Below are positions 1 to 7,329 of a stretch of 14,741 nucleotides of DNA, one piece after another. Source of the DNA: Candidatus Eiseniibacteriota bacterium. GTDB lineage: Bacteria; Eisenbacteria; RBG-16-71-46. Below the pieces are notes generated by a model. That model made no database searches. It was not told the origin of the DNA and worked only from the letters and a program-made list of their open reading frames with translations. The stretch spans positions 1 to 14,741 of the forward strand of contig JANLOX010000089.1 in NCBI GenBank assembly GCA_031366795.1, written 5' to 3'. Both the position numbers and the translations under genes were made by a program. Within the stretch, counting starts at the first letter, position 1, and each line of letters begins with the position of its first letter.

Positions 1-486
1 CAGCGCGTCGGCATCGCCATCGCGTTGGCGCTCGAGCCATCGCTGGTGATCCTCGATGAGCCCACGACCGCGCTCGATGTGATCGTGGAGCGCGAGATCC
101 TCGAGCAGATCCGCGAATTGCAGCGGCGGCTCGGGTTCTCGGTGATCTTCATCACCCACGACCTGGGCCGCATGCTCCAGTTCTCGGACCGCGTCGCGGT
201 GTTCTACGCCGCGCGGCTCGTCGAGATCGGGCCGGCCACCGTGATGGCCGCGACGCCGCGGCATCCTTACACGCAGGGATTGCTGCGGGCGTTCCCCTCG
301 CTGCATGGCGACGGGTCAGATCGCGAGAGCATCGGCGGCGCCCCGCCGAGCCTGCAGAACCCCCCGCCCGGCTGCCGCTTCCATCCGCGCTGCCCGCTGG
401 CGATGGACCGCTGCCGCGTGGAGCGCCCCGAGCTGCTGCAGATCGCCCCGGGGCACTCGGTGGCGTGCTTCGCGGTCAACCAGTAG
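1..486 (+). CDS. Oligopeptide/dipeptide-family ABC transporter ATP-binding subunit (OppD/DppD-like), 5' end outside the window
   Basis: Frame is open from base 1 (QRVGIAIALALEPSLVILDEPTTALDV). Walker B/D-loop ILDEPTTALD, H-loop FITHDL, C-terminal HPYTQGLL and Cys motif GCRFHPRC-x6-C...VACF typical of the oligo_HPY extension. The TTG at 25 is not the real start. Confidence 0.95.
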   Translation, partial: QRVGIAIALALEPSLVILDEPTTALDVIVEREILEQIRELQRRLGFSVIFITHDLGRMLQFSDRVAVFYAARLVEIGPATVMAATPRHPYTQGLLRAFPSLHGDGSDRESIGGAPPSLQNPPPGCRFHPRCPLAMDRCRVERPELLQIAPGHSVACFAVNQ

Positions 487-565
487 CGGCGCGGGAGCAA
501 AACAAAATCGGGCGCTAGTCCGTGTGGACCCGCGCCCGATTTTGTTTCCCCGCGGCAGCCGCTAC
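483..565. terminator. Bidirectional intrinsic terminator-like hairpin between convergent genes
   Basis: Perfect 16-bp inverted repeat AAACAAAATCGGGCGC (500-515) / GCGCCCGATTTTGTTT (532-547), giving a U-rich tail on both strands. Inner GTCC/GGAC stem (518-529). Outer GTAGCGGC/GCCGCTAC arms (483-490, 558-565). Confidence 0.85.
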
Positions 566-3500
566 ATCGCCAGCTTCAAGTACGTCCTGAACTCCCATTC
601 GTTGCCGTTCGGGTCGCCGTCGATGCCGTAGTAGCGCAGCGAGTACGGGTCGAGTGAGCGCCAGATAACGCGCGCACCCAAGCGTGTCTGCGGGTTCGTG
701 TCGAACCACTGCGGCGAACCCAGCGTGTGCGACAGGTCGCCCATCAACTGCACGGGATAGGTGAGGTTGAAGTCGCGGAAGTAGTCGTAGGGGCCGAAGT
801 CGTTGAACTTGGCGTACGCCGCCAGCGACATGCTGCCCGCGTTGACGCGGATGTCCACGCCGCGGCGCTTGACCAGCCGCGGGTCGGGCGACAGGCTCGG
901 CTCGGCGAGGCCCCAGTAGCCGTGCACCACGACGCGCAGGTTGGTGCCGAGCCGCGAGACGCCGCGGGCGTTCACTTCCCACAGGTTGCGCGCGGGTGTC
1001 GCGCCATCGAACACGAACGGCGTGACGCCATCGGAGAGGAAGCCGATCGCGGGGTCCATGGAGGTCGGCATGTGCTTGTAGACGTAGCCGATGCTGCCGG
1101 CGAAGCGCGAGTCCTCACGCACGTCGTTGTCCCACGCGAACAACCATGTCGCGGGTGTCGGGTCGTAGCTGACGATGACTTCGCCCGCGGTCATCTCGCG
1201 GTTCGAGCGCACCGAGAACGGGTTGTCGATGATGTCGCGCTGCAGGCCGTTGTTGCGCTCATCGCGCGTGAGCGGGCCGACGATCGGCTTCTGCCACAGG
1301 AAGTTCGGGCCGACCTGGAAGCGCCCGGCGCCATAGGCGAAGCCGCCGATCAGGTTGCGCTGGTTGCCGAGCCCTGAGTCCTTGAGCAGCCAGCCCATGT
1401 AGTTGTTGGTCGCCGTCGGGCCCCCTTCAGCGACGAGCCCCATCGAGGCGCCCTGCGCGTACCACTGCAGGCGGCCCTGCGCCGCCGCAATGCGGAACTT
1501 GCCGCCCCACTCATCGGAGGAGTGGACGACGTCGCGCAGCAGCCGGTAGGAATCGCCACTGCCTTCGGACACCGGGAACGCCTCGCCCTCGCGATTGGCG
1601 CCGGCCCACAGACCGCCCACTTCGACCGTGGCCGAGCGATAGTTTGTCTTCAGGTGCAGCGCGCCTTTCTGCGTGGGCTTGACCACCACGATCGAGCCCG
1701 CGACGGTCTGGATGCCGCCCTGCCCATTGATGTCTTTTTCGTAGACCGCGGTCGCGTCGAAGCGGCCCAGCGGGTGGCGGTACTTGGTGAGCACCGCCGG
1801 CGCTGCTCCCCACCACAGCTGCGGTCCGAAGGCCACTTTGAGACCCGACAGCGAGCGCTTGGCGACGATCTCGACACCGACTGGCGCCGGCGAATCATAG
1901 ATGTCGACGTTCGCGCCGTAGTTGGCTTCACGGTAAAGGCCGAAGAAGTCGCCTTCGTAGCCCCAGTGGAAGTGGCCCGTGCGGTAGAACGCGTCGAGAT
2001 TGAACCAGCGGTCGTCCCAGCTCATGCTCGACTGGTAGACCTTCACGCGTTCGGTGCGGCGGTTCTCGTAGAAGATCTGGTCAATGGTGTTGGTCGGCAC
2101 GTCGCCCTTGATGTTGAGCGACAACTTGCCCGAGACGGCCGGCGAGGGGTTGGCCTGGAAGTCGGTGTAGAACGTCTGGAACTTGTCGAAGCCTTTGAAC
2201 GCGGGGTCGCCGAATTCCGCGGGCCGCGTGAGCTTCGCTCCCGTACTGATGGTCTCGAAGTCCAACCGCACTCCCGAGACGCGCACGCGCTCGAGCGCGT
2301 TGGTGATCAACGCCGCGCGGTCGCCGCGTGCTTCTAGAGTGGCGACGCCGGGCGTGACCGCGGCGAAGTGCGCGTGGATCGCGTCGTTCGTGGTCGTTGC
2401 AGCGTAGGGGTCGAGCGCGAACACCTTGCGCAGCGCGTAGTACGCAGCACGCGGGTAGAGCTCGTAGAGGCCGCGGCTGTCGGGGAAGCCCTTGGCGCAG
2501 ATCCCCCACCACTCCTCGTTCATGTTGTTCTCGCCCTTCACGTAGTCGTCGCCGTAGCCGGCGTCGGGCCACGAGGCGTTGGTGTCGTGAATGTCGAGAC
2601 GCTCCTCCTGCTTGTACTTCCACCAACCGTCCGACCACTGGAACACGCAACCGCCGATGGCGTTGCCTTCCTGGCCGTGGCCCGCCGACTTTTCGTAGAT
2701 CTCCTGCCACAGACCGATCAGGTAGCGCGCCTGCATCGCCTGGTCCTCGTGCATGTCCTTGGCGTTGAAGGCGTCGGAACCGAACTCCGTGTACAGGACA
2801 GGAATCCCGAGCTTGTCCTTCACCACCTGGAACAGGTCGCGCGAGGAGATACCGCGATAGACGTTGGTGCCGAGCACATCGATGGCCTTGCAGTCCTTGG
2901 CGATGATGTCGATGTACTGGAGGTCGCCATTAGCGATGGCGACGGGCAGGCTCGGGTCGGCGCGCTTGGTGGCCTCGGCGATCTCGCCGAACAGCGAATA
3001 CAGCGTGTGCGCGCGCGCCGCATCCCGCTCCCCCTTGGGCAGCGCTTCGATCTCGAACGAGCTCCACGACAGGCCGTAGTTGTTCTCGTTGCCGAGCAGG
3101 TACATCAGCACGCCGGGCGTGCCGCGGTACTTGGCGACCATGGCGGCGACGTCGGCGGTGAGTGCCTGGCGCATGCGCGGCTTGGAATAGTCCGTGTTCG
3201 CGTTCCACACGCCATCGAGCGTGAAGCCGTAACGCCCGACGGTGTGGTTGATAATGCAGTAGATGCCGTAGCGGTCATGCAGGTAGCGCACCCAACGCGG
3301 CGGGATGCCGTTGTAGATGCGGATCACGTTGACGCCCATGCCTGCAAGCAGCGACATCTCGCGGTCGAGTGCGGCGGTGATCAGTTCGTCAGATTGCTGC
3401 CACAGGTCGTAGGAGTAGTTCTGGCCGATCGGCGTGTAGTCCCAGTTCATGCCCTTGACCATGAAGTCGCGCCCGCCAACCAGCAGCCGCTGGCCCGTCG

Positions 3501-3669
3501 CGTCGCTGACGACGCGCACGGCTTCTGCGGTGTTGGTGGCGCCCGCGGTCGCCGTCGTGTCCGCCTGTGCGTGTGCGACGGCGGGCGCCGAGGTGACCAC
3601 CAGCATGGCTGCGAACGCCGCGAGCAAGGGGGCGATACTCTTCAGATGACGAGCGGCAATCGTCCTCAC
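562..3669 (-). CDS. Secreted clan GH-A glycoside hydrolase (GH2-TIM-barrel/GH158-like) fused to a large C-terminal beta-strand-rich, probably outer-membrane beta-barrel domain (~1035 aa)
   Basis: Start revised to GTG at 3669: GAGGAG RBS upstream and GTGA overlap with the GH1 stop. Sec signal peptide ending AHA|Q. GH-A motifs: KGMNW, GVNVIRIY, LLGNENNY (acid/base E195), YTEFG (nucleophile E295), FQWSDGWWK, EEWWG. Residues ~461-1035 show repeated alternating hydrophobic strands ending NEWEFRTYLKLAM. Confidence 0.85.
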   Translation of the reverse strand: MRTIAARHLKSIAPLLAAFAAMLVVTSAPAVAHAQADTTATAGATNTAEAVRVVSDATGQRLLVGGRDFMVKGMNWDYTPIGQNYSYDLWQQSDELITAALDREMSLLAGMGVNVIRIYNGIPPRWVRYLHDRYGIYCIINHTVGRYGFTLDGVWNANTDYSKPRMRQALTADVAAMVAKYRGTPGVLMYLLGNENNYGLSWSSFEIEALPKGERDAARAHTLYSLFGEIAEATKRADPSLPVAIANGDLQYIDIIAKDCKAIDVLGTNVYRGISSRDLFQVVKDKLGIPVLYTEFGSDAFNAKDMHEDQAMQARYLIGLWQEIYEKSAGHGQEGNAIGGCVFQWSDGWWKYKQEERLDIHDTNASWPDAGYGDDYVKGENNMNEEWWGICAKGFPDSRGLYELYPRAAYYALRKVFALDPYAATTTNDAIHAHFAAVTPGVATLEARGDRAALITNALERVRVSGVRLDFETISTGAKLTRPAEFGDPAFKGFDKFQTFYTDFQANPSPAVSGKLSLNIKGDVPTNTIDQIFYENRRTERVKVYQSSMSWDDRWFNLDAFYRTGHFHWGYEGDFFGLYREANYGANVDIYDSPAPVGVEIVAKRSLSGLKVAFGPQLWWGAAPAVLTKYRHPLGRFDATAVYEKDINGQGGIQTVAGSIVVVKPTQKGALHLKTNYRSATVEVGGLWAGANREGEAFPVSEGSGDSYRLLRDVVHSSDEWGGKFRIAAAQGRLQWYAQGASMGLVAEGGPTATNNYMGWLLKDSGLGNQRNLIGGFAYGAGRFQVGPNFLWQKPIVGPLTRDERNNGLQRDIIDNPFSVRSNREMTAGEVIVSYDPTPATWLFAWDNDVREDSRFAGSIGYVYKHMPTSMDPAIGFLSDGVTPFVFDGATPARNLWEVNARGVSRLGTNLRVVVHGYWGLAEPSLSPDPRLVKRRGVDIRVNAGSMSLAAYAKFNDFGPYDYFRDFNLTYPVQLMGDLSHTLGSPQWFDTNPQTRLGARVIWRSLDPYSLRYYGIDGDPNGNEWEFRTYLKLAM

Positions 3670-5057
3670 GGGTTTCTCCTCGAGTGCTGTGGCTCGGCGG
3701 CCGAATCGACCGCTCCCTGGGAAATCACATCGCGATACCAGAAGGCGCTCGCCCGCGGCGTGCGGGCCTGGTTTGCGTAGTCCACGTGGTACAGGCCAAA
3801 GCGCTTGGACAGGCCCTGGCTCCATTCGAAGTTGTCCATCAGCGACCAGACGAAGTAGCCGCCCAGCGGCACGCCGTCGGCCATGGCGCGCTGTGCCGCC
3901 GCGATGTGGGAACGCAGGTACTCGACGCGCCGCGTGTCCGCGAGGTGGCCGTTGGGGCCGGGCTCATCCGGGTAAGCCGCGCCATTCTCGGTCAGGTAGA
4001 TGCGCGGCGGCGCGTACTCTTTGTTCACGCGCGAGAGCACTTCGTACATGCTCTCGGGGTAGACCTCCCAGCCCATTGCCGTGAGCTCTTCATCGGGCAC
4101 CACCTGCACCGCGACCGGCGCGCCCTTGGGGCCTGCCCTTACCACGCTGCGGCTGTAGTAGTTCACGCCAAGGAAGTCGGTCGGCGTCGCGATGGTCTCG
4201 AGATCGCCCTCCATCACGAACGGCAGGCGCGGGCTCGCGAGGTGGCCGAGCTTCACACGGTCGGCGATGGCGTCTTCGGGGTAGGCGCCGCGGTAAAGCG
4301 GATCCAGGTACCAGCGGTTGAACGAGCCATCGAGATGGCGCACGGCATCGCGGTCGGCGTCGGAGCCGGTCGCGGGATAAACGGACGCGAGGATCAGCAC
4401 GATCCCGACTTCGGCGCGCGGCGAGTTACGACGCAGCACTTCGACCGCGCGGCCGTGCGACAGCAGCAAGTGGTGCGCGACACGCAGCGACACGCTCGGC
4501 AGGTGCATGCCGGGCGCGTGCACTCCCGTCTCGTAGCCGAGATGCGCCATGCACCACGGTTCGTTGTGCGTCACCCAGTTGCCGACGCGATCGCCCAAGC
4601 GGCGGCTGACGGCGTCGGTGTAGCGCACGAACGCATCGACCGTCGCGCGCGAGGTCCAGCCGCCGCGATCCTGCAGCGCCTGCGGTATGTCCCAGTGATT
4701 GAGCGTGACGAACGGCTGTATGCCGGCCGCCAGCAGGCGGTCGACGAGCGCGTCGTAGAAGTCCAGCCCCTTCGGGTTCACCTTGCCGTCGCCATCGGGC
4801 ACGATGCGTGGCCAGGCGATCGAGAAACGGTAGGCACCGACACCCAACCACTCGAGCAGGCCGAAGTCGTCCCGCCAGCGGTGATAGTGATCGCACGCGA
4901 CCTTGGGGTTGGTCTTGTCGACGATGCTGCCGCTCAGGCGCGCGTAGCGGTCCCACACCGATTCGCCGCGGCCGTCTTCATCGACGGCCCCTTCGATCTG
5001 TTGCGCCGAAGTGGCGACACCCCACACGAAATCCTTTGGGAATGGTTGCAATGTCAC
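3666..5057 (-). CDS. GH1 beta-glucosidase, cytoplasmic
   Basis: FPKDFVWGVATSAQQIEG, CDHYHRW, YRFSIAWPRI, TLNHWD, THNEPW (acid/base), GVNYY, LTENG (nucleophile), WSLMDNFEW, KRFGL. Probable start is GTG at 5057 after AGGA; TTG at 5066 is an alternative. No signal peptide. Confidence 0.96.
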   Translation of the reverse strand: MTLQPFPKDFVWGVATSAQQIEGAVDEDGRGESVWDRYARLSGSIVDKTNPKVACDHYHRWRDDFGLLEWLGVGAYRFSIAWPRIVPDGDGKVNPKGLDFYDALVDRLLAAGIQPFVTLNHWDIPQALQDRGGWTSRATVDAFVRYTDAVSRRLGDRVGNWVTHNEPWCMAHLGYETGVHAPGMHLPSVSLRVAHHLLLSHGRAVEVLRRNSPRAEVGIVLILASVYPATGSDADRDAVRHLDGSFNRWYLDPLYRGAYPEDAIADRVKLGHLASPRLPFVMEGDLETIATPTDFLGVNYYSRSVVRAGPKGAPVAVQVVPDEELTAMGWEVYPESMYEVLSRVNKEYAPPRIYLTENGAAYPDEPGPNGHLADTRRVEYLRSHIAAAQRAMADGVPLGGYFVWSLMDNFEWSQGLSKRFGLYHVDYANQARTPRASAFWYRDVISQGAVDSAAEPQHSRRNP

Positions 5058-5062
5058 AGGGC

Positions 5063-6070
<1,008 letters not shown>

Positions 6071-6095
6071 GGCGCGGCGAACTCAGGAAAAAAAT

Positions 6096-6120
6096 ACTTT
6101 GTTCGCATGTCGAACATAGT
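6096..6120. promoter_or_regulatory. Palindromic operator ACTTTGTTCG-N5-CGAACATAGT
   Basis: 9 of 10 positions are dyad-symmetric. It lies in an AT-rich intergenic region and overlaps the predicted -10/start site of the minus-strand operon. Confidence 0.7.
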
Positions 6121-6144
6121 CTAGGATTCTTAAAGGCGTGTCAA
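6116..6144 (-). promoter_or_regulatory. Sigma70-type promoter for the ATPase-GH1-GH/barrel operon
   Basis: Perfect -35 TTGACA (6144-6139). -10 candidates are GACTAT at 17-bp spacing (6121-6116) or TAGACT at 15-bp spacing (6123-6118). Located 45-75 nt upstream of the ATG at 6070. Confidence 0.6.
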
Positions 6145-6245
6145 GAGATTCCGGGTCCCCTTCACCCGGCGTTCGCATCACAACGATTTCCTCTAAGGCG
6201 CTACCGGCAAACGGCCCGATGCCCCTCAACGTTTCGCTCTTCTTC

Positions 6246-6252
6246 AGGAGGT
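6246..6252 (+). promoter_or_regulatory. Strong Shine-Dalgarno site
   Basis: AGGAGGT ends 7 nt before the ATG at 6260. Confidence 0.85.
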
Positions 6253-6259
6253 CAGTCAA

Positions 6260-7234
6260 ATGAATCGACGCGTTACCACGGTGCTCGCGGCGGCCTTCCT
6301 GTTCCTGGCGCCCACGGCGGGCCACGCGGCCCTTGCCCCATACACCCAGAGCTTCGAGACGCTGGTGAAGACCGATCCCAACGCACTGTCCGCCGACGGT
6401 TGGGTGATCTATGGCAACGTGTTCAGCCCCGATCACGCGACGTACCTGTACGGCTACGGCACCTTCCCCGCGCCGAATAACGGCTTCGGCTTCTCGATCA
6501 TCGATGCCGGGCAGGGCGGTGTGCCGCAGGGCGCCCAGCAGTTGAGCATCTTCAGCGACTACAACAACGCCGATCACGCCAACGGCAACCAGATCGAAGC
6601 GAACGTGTTCCACGAGCAGACGATCGCCGCCGCCGATGTCGGCAAGCAGTGGACGTTCCAGTTCGACGCCAAGCTCGGCAACCTCGTCGCCCCCTCGACC
6701 GCGCTGGCGTTCGTCAAGACGCTGGACCCGAACAACGGCTACGCGACCACGAACTTCCTCGCTATCAACACGACCGCGCTGCCCACGACGTGGGGCAGCT
6801 TCTCGATTCCCATCACCATCACGGCGTCATTGGTCGGGCAGATCCTGCAGTTCGGCTTCGCCAACACCGCCACGCACTATGTGGCCTCGGGCGTCTTCTA
6901 CGACAACATCTTCTGGTTCAAGTCGGGCACGTTGGGGGTGCCCACGGGGCAGCAGAACACGCTCGCACTGCGCGCCGCCACGCCGAACCCGTTCACGGCC
7001 TCGACGCGCATCGAATACTCGATCGCCCAGGCCGGCCTCGCGGAGCTCGCCGTCTACGACGTCGGCGGCCGCAAGGTGACCTCGCTGTTCAAGGGCGTGG
7101 CAGAAGCCGGCCCGCACGCGGCGCTGTGGAATGGCCGTGACGACAGCGGCGCGCCGGCTGCGACCGGCGTATACTTCTCCGTGCTGCAGACGGCAAGCGG
7201 ACGCGAGTCGAAGCGCCTCATCCTGAACCGGTAA
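6260..7234 (+). CDS. Secreted protein: signal peptide + uncharacterised beta-sandwich/CBM-like domain + C-terminal FlgD-Ig/T9SS type A-like sorting domain
   Basis: Signal peptide MNRRVTTVLAAAFLFLAPTAGHA|A. Aromatic/Asn/Thr-rich domain that begins YTQSFE and ends GVFYDNI, as many jelly-roll CBMs do. Tail reads PNPF...VYDVGGRKV...WNGRDDSG...GVYF...KRLIL. Strong codon bias and RBS. Confidence 0.85.
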   Translation: MNRRVTTVLAAAFLFLAPTAGHAALAPYTQSFETLVKTDPNALSADGWVIYGNVFSPDHATYLYGYGTFPAPNNGFGFSIIDAGQGGVPQGAQQLSIFSDYNNADHANGNQIEANVFHEQTIAAADVGKQWTFQFDAKLGNLVAPSTALAFVKTLDPNNGYATTNFLAINTTALPTTWGSFSIPITITASLVGQILQFGFANTATHYVASGVFYDNIFWFKSGTLGVPTGQQNTLALRAATPNPFTASTRIEYSIAQAGLAELAVYDVGGRKVTSLFKGVAEAGPHAALWNGRDDSGAPAATGVYFSVLQTASGRESKRLILNR

Positions 7235-7240
7235 GGTGTT

Positions 7241-7280
7241 GGGCGGGGTGGTCGCTTCGCGCGGCTGCCCCGCTTTCTTC
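7241..7280 (+). terminator. Intrinsic terminator/attenuator hairpin after the 324-aa secreted protein gene
   Basis: 13-bp stem GCGGGGTGGTCGC (7243-7255) / GCGGCTGCCCCGC (7261-7273) is fully paired using three G-U wobbles, which work only in the + transcript. 5-nt loop, followed by TTTCTTC. Confidence 0.7.
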
Positions 7281-7329
7281 ATGTAGGGCCGCGCTCGCAA
7301 AACACCCCCAGCATCTCGCGGAGCCTTGA

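Noticed and set aside
562..2289. C-terminal half of the fusion as a classical autotransporter or SusC
   Set aside because: About twice the length of an autotransporter barrel, and no TonB box, plug or SusC signature motifs are recognisable.
3670..3825. ORF-track N-terminal extensions (starts at 3825, 5105, 8792 and 13486)
   Set aside because: They overlap neighbouring genes or precede clear RBS/signal-peptide starts. Starts at 3669, 5057, 8945 and 13432 fit better.
6101..6115. GTTCG-N5-CGAAC as a Gram-positive LexA (SOS) box
   Set aside because: The LexA box is CGAAC-N4-GTTCG. Here the half-sites are in the opposite order with different spacing, and the context is sugar catabolism.
6150..6245. 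Sigma70 promoter and LacI-type site for the + arm (TTCACC/TTCGCA; CAACGTTTC)
   Set aside because: Matches are too degenerate to call, although a promoter should exist here.
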